DNA of 64,000 bases. Origin: Podarcis bocagei (taxonomy: Eukaryota). Positions 13,763 to 25,813 of the stretch are shown piece by piece. A model generated the notes under the pieces. It saw only the letters and a program-made list of their open reading frames with translations. It ran no database searches and was not told where the DNA came from. The position numbers and the translations under genes are program-made. Positions within the stretch are counted from its first letter, which is position 1; the number at the start of each line of letters is the position of its first letter. The stretch lies in the NCBI GenBank assembly GCA_964188305.1, contig OZ076890.1. One strand, written 5' to 3'.

Positions 13763-13975
13763 AGTAATGGAGATTTGAAGAGAAAGTGGACCTGGGCAGT
13801 AGAGTGGCTTGGAGATGAGCTTGAACGTAGGCCATACACTGGCAATCCACAATATACATACAACAATTGGTCTCCTCCGGTCCAGAGTAATGAAACATCA
13901 AATGGCTACTTCCTAGAGAGATCACACAGTGCAAGAATGACCCTTGCAAAAGCTTGTGAGCTGTGCCCAGAGGAG
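13763..13975 (+). CDS. USP9X: USP9X coding exon ([16 protein letters not shown]...ELCPEE)
   Basis: ORF 13739..14119; splice sites. Confidence 0.95.
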
Positions 13976-14672
13976 GTAAGGAGTGAATTTACAACTAACG
14001 TTGCTTTGGCATTCTTTGGAAGACAAACAACTTGTTTCATAAAATTCCTGATAGAAATATATGTTAGTTACATAGTTGAAATGCTAGCTGGCACTATAAG
14101 ATTTAAGAGTTGTTTCTAGCTTAGTGAGACTTCGGAACTCATAAGTAGGCAGGAGTTAAGTCCTCCACTGTACCAAGTGCCCCCAGTTATCACTGTGAGA
14201 GGCAAGGGAGACTGAGCACTCCTCTGTCCACAGCCTCCAAACCTGTAGTTCTTAATATAGCAGCATCTACTTCTGATAGCTGTTACATAGTATAGGATTT
14301 AGAGAGGTGCCTGCAGAAGGGGTTGGCAGAAGCTGAATTTCTTTCTTGTTCCTTCTCAAAAGGAGCTTCTTCCAAGTGTCTGGGTATTCTGATTCATTTT
14401 GGGTGGGAGAATCTGCCCAGATTTTTATTTTGGAGTTCCTCCCTTATGCTCCATGTCATAGCCAACCATATATCAGGGTTGCCCAAACCCTTAAAAGAGG
14501 CTGGGATAGTGGGCAGTGATGTGATGGAAGCGGCAGGGTAATCAGCTTCCACCCACACATTCTGCAGGAATTTCTCTGGGTCCAATCAATTGCCAGACGA
14601 AAATAAGGGCAAGGAATTTAAATGTGAAAAGTAGTTTTATTTTTTGTTTTAATGGACAATTTTCATTTTTAG

Positions 14673-14768
14673 GAACCAGATGACCCAGATGCCCCTGATG
14701 AGCATGAGTCCTCTCCACCAGAAGATGCTCCATTGTATCCCCATTCACCTGGTTCCCAGTATCAACAG
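14673..14768 (+). CDS. USP9X: USP9X penultimate constitutive exon ([32 protein letters not shown])
   Basis: tttag| and |gtaagc; 96 nt, phase 0-0. Confidence 0.94.
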
Positions 14769-15999
14769 GTAAGCAGAGAATTATCTTTAAAACATGTCAA
14801 TTCATTTTGGTATCCTTTGAACTTTTTGCTTCAGCTTTTAAAAAACATATTGCCAGTTTTTTTCCTTTTAGGACAAGGATAACTGTTTCACAAGAACATC
14901 ATAGAATGTGATTCAGGGCTCTTCCAGCAAAGTGTAATGTGCAGGCAGGTTTTTTGTTTTAAGTATCTTGTGAATGCCCTCACAGACAACTATTATATGG
15001 GAACAATTATCTAACTTTTTTCTCTGTGAGCCAGCAAGCCAACTTGAATCAACTCACAGGTGCATCCAGAGAAAAACTAAATTCCCCCAATATGACATGT
15101 CCATTGATGCTTTGAAGACCACTTTAGAAAACAACCTATACATTGTAAAATGCCTAAAATTTCACTTAGGTTTTGCACACAGTAATCTGCTAATAGAAGT
15201 TTCTGAACCAGCATTGCAGTCTGATTCTGCCATGCTATAGTTCATGTATAACACCATGTGACCTTAAGTTGCATGTATGTACATCTCTTAAAAGTTAAAT
15301 GCCTTTGTAAATGTAGTGCTAACTCCAGAAAGCTAAAATTGTAATTATCTTGCATTACCTTCGTAACTCATACATAACCAGTATTTGTTCCCTTTCCTTT
15401 CCTAAATAATTAATTCTATATCCTTAATCTGTTAATTTCCTTTCCTGCTCATTTTCCTTCATCTTGCTTTCTTTATCGATGTGTTCAGCAGAGCAGTTGG
15501 TAAGTGATATAGACCCAATCTCCTCAAAGTTGAAACACGTATAACCACCAGCTCCCTTATTTGTTAGTGTGTGGTGTCTTCACTTTCTCACAAGAGCTGG
15601 CTTTTTTCACCTGCTAACATGCACAATGGCTATATTTTAAGTCCAATTTTAGCTTCATAGTTGACCCAACTTCACATTACACAAAGGTACACGAATGTTT
15701 TACATCTGCCAGTTTAGGTGTGTTAACAGTTAAAACAAACATATTTGATGATGATCACCTCAAGTCATTTTATTAAGTTTGACACAAGAAATATACTGTC
15801 CCTTTGGAAGAAAGGCCATTCACAATTATCACTTCCTGTTTCTGTGTACTAATTAAAACTTTCCTCCCCACCATTCCATTTCTGAAGATTTGTTATGAGG
15901 ACCTTCACATAAAGCTTCAGCTTTTGCATGAAGTTGGAATTAATTAACTGTAACCTTGACCTTTCAATTTCAGTGCAAATTTATCTGTTCTATTTTTAG

Positions 16000-16005
16000 T
16001 TGGCG
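16000..16005 (+). CDS. USP9X: Candidate 6-nt microexon of USP9X (TTGGCG, Leu-Ala)
   Basis: tctatttttag|TTGGCG|gtaagt; frame-preserving in a phase-0 intron; TGC motif upstream. Confidence 0.5.
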
Positions 16006-16127
16006 GTAAGTGTGAGTAGCTCTCTAGTTGTAATTTAAAAATATAAATTATTGCTTGCCCAGTTCCCTGAGCTACTTCTTTGGGGAAATATAGAAGTTAT
16101 TCTTAACATGTGTTTTGTCTCTTCCAG

Positions 16128-16262
16128 AATAACCATGTGCATGGACAACCATATACAGGCCCAGCAGCACATCATATGAACAACCCTCAGCGAACTGGCC
16201 AACGAGCACAAGAAAATTATGAAGGCAGTGAAGAGGTTTCACCGCCTCAGACGAAAGAATAG
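16128..16262 (+). CDS. USP9X: USP9X terminal coding exon ([16 protein letters not shown]...PPQTKE*)
   Basis: cttccag| acceptor; 45 codons to TAG. Confidence 0.93.
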
Positions 16263-17880
16263 TGGAAATGCACATAATTAACTTGCCCCATCAAGACTGT
16301 GCACCCAGGCCTTACAGTCCAACTTTTCTCTGTGTCTGGNNNNNNNNNNNNNNNNNNNNNNNNNNNNNNNNNNNNNNNNNNNNNNNNNNNNNNNNNNNNN
16401 NNNNNNNNNNNNNNNNNNNNNNNNNNNNNNNNNNNNNNNNNNNNNNNNNNNNNNNNNNNNNNNNNNNNNNNNNNNNNNNNNNNNNNNNNNNNNNNNNNNN
16501 NNNNNNNNNNNNNNNNNNNNNNNNNNNATTCTTAAGCAAGAAACATTTTTTTGTCTTGATGAGACTCACAGATCTACAACAATTAATTTCTTGATATATC
16601 CGCTGCGCTCTACAACCAGTGTTGCCTGCCTAATGGCAGTTGGATCAACTTCTTTCCCCAAAAAAGTAAGCCTCTCCATGTCAACCAGAAAAATAGTTTC
16701 ATGTTAATTCTTTGCCACTGGAGTCAATTTTACTATGAGCAACGTAATGACTGGTAACCTTTTAATTATTTGGTTGATGTGGAAAATTGGTGATGTAACA
16801 TTGTTTCTAGGTCTTTTTTCATTGCCTTTTTCATTCTGGTATTAGGTTAATCACTTTGAAGCTATAGTTAAGCTGTAACATTTAGCATGGCTTCACACCA
16901 GGTTAGTGTAGCCAGTGAGGAAAGAAAAATTACAGTTGTCCCAGAGTGACAACTGTGTTGTTCAGAGCCTATTCTTCTGCCACCTAGAATATAAAACATG
17001 GAGGGGAGGGTTGGGCAATGTGACAAACAGGTGGTTTTCAGTTGCACATATGTTCCTCACATCTGATGTTTGACAGTTTTGTCTCTGGGTGGGATAAAAG
17101 AACACTTAGTTTTCAGTAATAGGAAATTAAAAGATTTAAAACAAATATGCAAATTTTTGCTATGCCAGGATGCCTGGAGCATAATAGACTGTATTTGGTG
17201 TGCTTGTTTTGTTTCTTTGGTAGAGCTTATTTGATAAACTTCTAACACTTTCCTTTCTACTGCATTGCAGTGAAGTGGAAGTCAACAAAATCACACAATA
17301 CTTGTGAGTGCCACTGCACCAAGTTAACTTGCTGGTTTTCTGCTCGTTCACAATTCTACTTGAAAACAAGAATTGAATCTTAGCTCTTTGTCCATGATAA
17401 GAGAAATCGAAACCTTAGAAGCAGAGATTGATTATTAAAAAAACAAACAAACTACTGGTTAGTCAAATACAAAACTGAGGTATCTCTATTCCAGAGTAAA
17501 CATTTGTTTAAGGACTTCAAGGAAGACATCAGTAAATACTGTATTTAAATTAAAATTGGTAACTTGAATGTGTGTAATTATTTTGGAATCTGTCGAAAAA
17601 CCAAATACCCCTGCAAAACAGATACAGCCCACCCTATACTATTTAAATATTTGCTGTTTTATTTTATAGAAATTATTTTGCTGAATTCACAAATAGAATT
17701 TGATTTAAGAAGACCATTTTTGTCCTGTGGTGTGTGTGTGGTTTTTTTTTTTAAAACAGACTGCACAGGTAGTTGAATTCTGTGCACTATACCGAATTCT
17801 GGAACTAAAGTCGCATTGAGAATTGGTGAACAGAAATTTGACCCTTGACAAGAATAAAAAAGGAAAACTGTAATAGTTTC
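16263..17880 (+). other. USP9X: USP9X 3'UTR (3' end approximate, may extend further); AATAAA at 17853-17858; miR-26 8-mer TACTTGAA at 17357-17364
   Basis: AT-rich, repeat-free sequence after the stop; poly(A) hexamer. Confidence 0.6.
16340..16527. other. Run of 188 N (assembly gap or masked segment)
   Basis: Seen directly. Confidence 0.99.
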
Positions 17881-20800
17881 TTAATGTGACTATCTTGTAC
17901 TTTTTGTATGTTTTATATATACATATATATTTAATGAGCACAAGCTTGAAGGTATTTTATACAATTGAGTTAATACAAAAATGCTGCTTATCAAACTGAG
18001 GATTTATAGTTGAACAAAGTGAGAAACTCACAAGTGCGTTCTTTTGCATTTAGTGTAATAAGATAGTCTTAAACCATTTTTAAATATTCTATGTAGCAGC
18101 GATCACTTTACCCTTCCAGATTTTCTCTAGTATTCATGTTAATTGTTATGTTTCTAACAGCAGTTAATTGGATTGGTTGACAACGTTTGAGTGAAACATT
18201 CCCCGGGTACGTGGGTATGTTTAGTGTTGACTTAAATCAAAATATTAGCCTGTTTTGTATTAGAGCTGCAACAGTTCATATTTCCTTAGACCAGTAATTA
18301 TTGTTAAAAATGTTTTTTCAAAGACTATCTTTCTATACAGGAACATGGAACTTGTTACTTTGGCCTTGGAAAAATGATTAGTGTCAAGTGATTGTGAAAA
18401 TACTTTTTCTTTCTTTTTTAAACTTACTTTCACAAGGCTATGACAAAACCCTCCTGGAGATAGTTTTCAGACAACTACTTAGGAGGTATTGCGGGTTATC
18501 TTTTCCCCCTGGAAGAGAGACTCCGGAGACTATTGCCTCTTTAAAATTAATGTGTAGCAGAAACCTGAAAAATCATTTTCTTCCTTCTTGGCAAAACGTC
18601 TCATTTATTCATTTTAAGTGAAAATGTTCTGAATAATAATTAATGCATGCTTCTGTCAGAGTTTTGGCAGCAGTCACTTTAAAGCTGTAATGTAATACCT
18701 CAATATGAATGGCACACATTAAAACAAGTCCTCAAAGTGCCTAAAGGTTTAATTTTACTCTTCTGCTAATTATTGAATCCTAATTTTTGTTTGTAACAGC
18801 TAATGGGAAATCCCTGTCTTCCATAAAAGCAATCCATCCAACAGTAATCCTACATTTTTCCTAATCATTTGACATTAAATATATAGAAACTGATCACCCG
18901 TAGGAAAAGCTTTTAGTGTGTTTGTATCAGACTGTGTTCGTGTAAATAGCTTCCTTTGCTTTACCAGAAGCAGTTCTTTGTGCAAATGAATTTTTGCCAC
19001 TGACTTCAGTGAGCAAACCTTAGCGTTCTGTTTTTGTGTTAGCGCTGTTAAATCACTCAAGTTAAGGAGGTATGCATGGCTACCAACTTGCTGGGTCTTC
19101 ATTACATATTGTCACTTTGGGAGAGCTTTTGAATACTGAAAGTAATGGAAGCCTCAGTTTTCATTTAAAAACTAATAGATTTTAGTGGTTGTGGAAACAA
19201 AAGTATGTCTGCAGTGTCCACTGAAGATTCAAAAAGCAAAAGAGAAATAAAAAGAATCCAAAATGGAATTTTAAACCTCATGATTCTTAAGCCATGTTAC
19301 GTCTTTTTAAAAGGACCATTAATTTTAAAGAATTAGCTTTAGAAACACAAATGTAATGAATAAATTTGCTTCCCAGTTGGATTTAAGTTGTAACTAGCAA
19401 ACCTTTTCCAGGCAGTGTATTAAACTCTGGGTGTCATTAATTCATGTCATTACTAAATTACAAAGGAAAGTAAAGAGATGGGAGTAGAATAAGTATGCTG
19501 TTGTTCCTTTAGCTACACATTTGTATAGAAGCGAATGTTCATCACCACAGTGGTATTATCGCAAAGTGCAATTCCATTTTGAACTGAATGCAAAATATTA
19601 ATTTGTTGTGGTGTCCATCTTTTCTATAAGGATGTTTCCTAAGTGTTTCCTTCATACCTCCCTTTCATTTCAGTGCAGCTTTCCTGGGACAATTTTCCTA
19701 AGTTGTACCAAGAGAATCCCCCCCCCCAAAAAAAAAGCTCTGTATTATTCATAAACATGCTGGTAACACTAGCAAATGTTATATGGCTAAACATTTACAT
19801 TTGTTTTTCTTTCTCTGTTAAGCAAGCTATGGTAGTATGTATTTTTTTAAAAAAAAAAATCTTCCCAAAAAGGAAAATGTAGGATGCTAGAGAAAGTTAT
19901 AGGGAAAAACAATTGTGGGGGAAAACAAGCACTCCATGAGCTTAGGATGACTGAACAAGGAAGGAATGTCTTGGTGTTTGGAACAGTTTTGTGCAGTTTG
20001 TGCAGAGGCAGATTATAAGCAAGACTTCCCAGGATGCAAGAGAAAAGGAGCAAGGCTTCCCCATAATGCAGCAGTTATGGGCAGAAGGAGAACTAACAGC
20101 TATGTGCAGAAAGAGGACTTCCCTTTACTTATTGAGTGGAGATTATGGAAGATAACAGAATATTGTGGCTGGCATAGTAGCGGCTCATCATGACTGTAGA
20201 TGCATCACCTCATTTACAGTAGATTAGTAGATCTTAGGAACCACTCATTAAAGGAAATGGGCAGAAAAGAACCTCCCTGCTCTCCCTCCTAAATCTCCAA
20301 ATCACCTTTTCTGAGGATTGAAAATCCTGGGTGGGTTATGGGAGCTAGGGGAAAGGGGAGAATTGGCCAAGATTTTGAAGCGTCTTCAGCAAAGATGCAC
20401 TTGCACAAGGTTCTGCTGTCTGAGTTGGGACAATCTCCCCATCCCACTGTGCCATAGCCCACCCCTCAAGAAACCCTCAGAAAAGGGTGTTGGACAGTGT
20501 AGGGAGAAGGACAATCCCCTTTTGTTGTTTTCCTTCCATGAGCAATTCTTAGGATCCAGCCCAGTCCTTTTCAGGGAAGCCCATTCACACATGTGGAAAT
20601 AAGCTGCCATGTGTTAATCACACACTATAAACGTGTGTGAACTCATCTTTTGTCTCTACCATTTTCTTGTGGCTAGTAGGAGACTATTATTGCTTGAGTC
20701 CTTATTCGTTGAAAGCCCTAAATGGACAGGGAAGCCTTTTATTGTGTTAAACCATTGATAGTTAAAATGGGATGAAACTCATATGCACCTTCAATTTATT

Positions 20801-23800
20801 TTACACAAAGCATATAAGAGGGGCTTGACTAGTGTCTAGAATTTTCTCTCTCTTCAATTTTGAGAACTGCATGCAGCATGAGCAGGAAGAAAAATAATTC
20901 TTTGTGACTAGATGCTTGTGCAAACATTGTTCCCTCTCCTGTCTTCTCATTGTGAGTAGCTTGCTATCAGATGTCCAATGAAATACTAAATTCCAAAGGA
21001 TTTACTTGCTATATTGTAGAACTGCAGCTGGGCTTTATCTGTGTTAACTGTGAAAGAACCTCATTGCAGCAGAAGTAGTAGATTACCTGAAGCTTTTTGC
21101 GGCATATCATCTGTGCTGGCCTATGAAGACGGTTTGACTTAATGAATTGCATGATTTTGCTCAGATTATCAAAATCCACTTGTGGCATAAATTCTGTACT
21201 GCTGTGGCTTTAAACCATAGTGAATTCCAGCATGCTTAACAGCAAATACTGCAGAAGCAGGAACGCTCAGGTAAATCACAGGGTGAGTTAAAAAGATGGT
21301 GCTTAAATAGTGCTAGAATACTGCAGTGGCTTAAGAGATTTTAACTACAAATCAGGATGTTCCTAGTTGTAAATTCACCTCTGCCATATACTCACTAGGC
21401 AGACTTTTGGGTCTCAGAATTTCAGCAGTGCCATGTGTGATGCCAAAATTCAGCGCACGCAACTGCCTCTTGCACTCCGTTCTAAATCATAGTTGCGGAG
21501 TCCCCTGTGGGGCCCCTAAAGCTCCACACCCAATGAAGCCAAACCAGTTGTGCTCCCCTAAATCTGCCTTTGCCCTAGGTTCCCTTAGGCAAACTACTCT
21601 CAACCTCAGGTCCCCCTAATTTTGTACTGGGTTGGATAATAAAACTGATTTGGCTCAGTGTTGTAAGGATTACAGCTAGATTATGTTTGAAGCACTTTGA
21701 ATGCTTGAAAGTTATATACAAAAGTTAGCTATTATCCTTCAGAGAAATAATTCTTTTTGGAATGTGGTGTTCCTATGCGTCTTGTCAATATATGATACTG
21801 ACCATCAGCAACGCACTATTCTGTCTTAATTCAAAGTGTTAACCTTCCAATTAGCAGTTTTTGTATCAACTTCACACGTTTGCTCAACACATTCCCTGCC
21901 TTGCAAATACATTGGTGTGAACAAAATTATTGGCACATCAATCAGTTACAGATAGGCAGCAGAAATGCCTGGGGTTACTCCTGTCTGGGCATTGGGCAAG
22001 CAGCTATACAGCCAACAGTGATCCCCATGACTGAAACGAAGTCTATTTGCTCAAGCACAAGACCTGACTTGTTCATAATGTTTTAATGTGTGGGATTTCT
22101 ATTGTTTGTTAGTTGTGTCAAGCATTTTTTTGGAAGTGATTATGGAGTTTATTAAGCAGCATATGTGATAAGCCAGCCAAAGGTTTATCTCTTATCTGCC
22201 ATGATTATATATGAAACTTTCTCATATCTAACTGGTGCTGCCTCATTTTCAAACTTCCTCTAAGAAATTGATATATTTGCAGAATTGTATTGTGCTAATT
22301 ATTGGATCAAATTGGCTGGCATACCTATATTTTGCTACTTACTACTTTGAACAGCTGTTAAAAAATTATGTGTCGCCCATTGCATTGGTTGTTCCTTGGT
22401 GTAAGCTTCCTAGTTTATCAGCTTAATTCCTGCTGCACCTCAATTCCTCAAAACAAGTTCCCGTCAGTGCTAAAGGTTCCGTGTGTGTTACTCCACATTT
22501 GATTCCTCTACCTATACTTGCCACCTCATTATGTACTTTTATTTTGTTATTGGACATGCTTTCTTGCTTGGTACATAATTATTAATTTTTTCTTTCTTCA
22601 GTGTATGAATCTCACAAATTAACTTCTAGTTTTCAGCATAGAAGATTGTTTAGGTGACTTAAAAACTACGAATGTTTTGAACTAAACATTTTCAAAGAAA
22701 GGCACATAAGCAGGGATCATAAGAGTTATATAAATTTATGCTTAGTGTGAAGGAAATACATAGCAAAGTTTCTCTCCCTCATAATTTTGGAACCTGATTC
22801 AAGATGGGTAATGTCCACCCGTATCTCCTAATAATGACTAATATATGTTACTTCAAGGACCTGGGGTTCTGTCCGCACTATATTTTTAAAGTACCTTTCC
22901 CCTCTTAAAGAATTCTGGGCACTGTAGTTTGTTAAGGGTTGCTGGAAATTGTAACGGGGGGGTAAACTACAGTGCTCCAAACCCTTTGAGAAGCCATGTG
23001 CTTAGAATGTGCTTTAATGGTGGTATGAGCACACAGAGCTGGTATTCCATTGGGTGCTGGTAAGAGCAGGAGAGTGCTGTTGCATTCATGACCTAATTGT
23101 CGGCATCCCAAAGGCATCTGCTTGACCACAGAGAAATGGGAACCTGCGCTAGATAGGCCTTTGGTCTCATGCAGCAGGGCTCTTGCTATCTTACATTTTA
23201 GGTCCTTGCTCAGCAATTAATTCCCCTGCGAGATCAGTTTCACACAGGAGTAAGCGGGTTAAGTTTCAATTCCTACCCCATTAAGTGGCTGCTAGCTAGT
23301 TCTGTTGCCACAAATGGCATTTCTTCCAGAGATACTTTACCTCTTAGGGTGGTAACTGTAGGCTGGCAGCACCTTTCAGAACCAAATGCTGATTCCTGTA
23401 TTATGTTGACCTTAGTGATCAAGGCAGAAAGAGTCTAGTTGGGAAGAGGAAAAGTTAGCATATACTCCCCCCAATTTAACAATTTTGATAATCCTTGTTT
23501 CATCTGTTAAGACTGCTGTCACTTAACACACTGGCCCTTCATAGGCTAATATCCAGCTTAGTGCGCGACCATATGCTCTGGCCAGCAATGGCAAGGCTTG
23601 ATGGAACAGCACAGCCCCAGAACTTGTCCCAGCCAGAGTGGAGGGGAAATTCCCCTTTGCTGCACTAGCTCTCAGTGCAACAATGACCTAAAATGAGTCA
23701 ATGCCATCCAGTAGATCCAGTGCTGGCTTTCCCCCCACAACACCCCATTGCAGGGCTTCCTGCTGACTACCAACGGGAGAGGCTGCTGGGTGGTGCAAGG

Positions 23801-24881
23801 GGGTTCTTGCCTGCGGGGCTGGGCAGAGGGATACATTTGCACCACCCAAACTCCTTCCACTATAGCAGATCAGGGGCTTGGATTTCTCTGTAAATCATGC
23901 TTGGGGTAGATCTGTTGAAATCAGTGCACTTTGTCCATTGATTTCCATGAGTCTTATTCTGAGTGTGACTAGTGTCAAAACTTACATGGCCTATTCACCA
24001 TGAGTTTCCTGTTAGTCCTATTAGGACTGAGAAAATTGTTCCAGCTATGGGAAGTATTTTTCTCTGTCTAGAGATAAATGAGCTAAGCTTAACCCACAAT
24101 TCTGTAGCCACCTCTATAGGAATTCTATTTTTGGATATAAATGCTACTGACACATTTTTCATTTCTAATATTGCATTTATTTTGGCCATGTTACTTTGAT
24201 TCCGCTGCAGCCCACGTTCAATTGTATTTTGAGTATTTCTAAGCATTAATTACAATTGAGAGTCGCCATTACCACAAGCAAGCATTAGGGGGAAAGACAG
24301 TCGAGGGGAAATTTAGTTAAGTGTGACAGGCCTTTTACTAGACTAATACTGACTTTCTTGCATGTTACAAACTTACAAAAACTGTACATTGTGGTGGTGG
24401 AGCAGCTATTTCAATGTGTAAGCCTATTCTGAAATACTTAATAGCTTTTAGTATATCTCTGCTTCACCATCACCCGCCCCCTGCAAGTATATTCAAATTA
24501 CACTTTACGTCACCACGAGCGTCAACTACTATTTTGCATTTGAACTAAATTTAAAGTTTTCAGAAATTCATAATTTTAAATTCAACATAGATCTATGGGG
24601 AATATGAAAACTTAGAAACACTCTATAACTGCTTTTTTATACAGAAGTATTGGTTTACAAGACATACTGTAGATGGTTTCTAGTTCAGCACTTTCTGAAA
24701 CTAGTACAGTACTAACTTGCAAGATTAGTCTTATGTTTAAGGGGAAAGTTCATTTATTATGTACATTGATGTCTAGCTACTTTAATGCAGTTGAGCTTTA
24801 TGCTTTTCACTGATCTACAGGAATGCTGGAAATTTGGTTTCAATTTATTGTGGTTTACTTCAAAGTGTGCTTTCAAGTGTA

Positions 24882-25219
24882 CAGGTAAAGGTACCCCTGA
24901 CCGTTAGGTCCAGTCGCAGACAACTCTGGGGTTACACACTCATCTCACTCTCTAGGCCGAGGGAGCCTGTGTTTGTCCGCAGATAGCTTCCGGGTCATGT
25001 GGCCAGCATGACTAAACCGCTTCTGACAAACCAGAGCAGCGCACAGAAATGGTGTTTACCTACCCTACTTGCACTTTGATGTGCTTTCGAACTGCTAGAT
25101 GGGCAGGAGCTGGGACCGAACAACAGGAGCTCACCCTGTCACGGGGATTTGAACCACCAACCTACTGATCAGCAAGCCCTAGGCTCTGTGGTTTAGACCA
25201 CAGTGCCACCCGCGTCCCT
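24882..25219 (-). mobile_element. Sauria SINE (lacertid-type)
   Basis: Minus-strand head gggacgcgggtggcactgtggtctaaaccacagagcctagggcttgctgatc; accttt-like tail. Confidence 0.9.
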
Positions 25220-25621
25220 TCAACTCTATACTTCAATATAAATGAAAGATTGCATGTACTATCACACTAAGGAGAGTAGTAGAAACTACTACTTGCTGTA
25301 GAAATTATTTGCAGTTCCTTAACTTTCTCCTCTAGAATGCTTTGTGCCTCATGATTGAAAGTAGCCCTTTTTATTGGAAAGCAATGTTTTAGGAATAAGT
25401 TACTTTGTTACTATCTTTTCAGGGTTTTTCCTGGTTGGTTAATTCTGTGAAATAATTTTGGTCCCTGTAATTTTAAGTTTTCTCTCCAATGTTCATATGC
25501 TGGACAGAGCAACATGTCACTGGACCCTTGTAGCAACATGCATGACCGGTATACCACTCTGTGCTGCTATTCTAACACAAGAACAGTTTGACTATAGCCT
25601 ACTTGTTGCAGTGAACAATCA

Positions 25622-25813
25622 TACAGTGGTACCTCGGGTTACAGACTCTGCTAACCTAGAAATAGTACCTCGAGTTAAGAACTTTGCTTCAGGATGAGAA
25701 CAGAAATCGTGCAGTGGTGGCAGCAGCGGGAGGCCCCATTAGCTAAAGTGGTACCTCAGGTTAAGAACAGACCTCCGGAACGAATTAAGTTCTTAACCCG
25801 AGGTACCACTGTA
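25622..25813. mobile_element. Tigger-like MITE
   Basis: TA + cagtggtacctcgggtta ... taacccgaggtaccactg + TA, perfect TIRs. Confidence 0.9.

Noticed and set aside
16262-16594. ORFs spanning the N run
   Set aside because: Artefacts of translating N as X.
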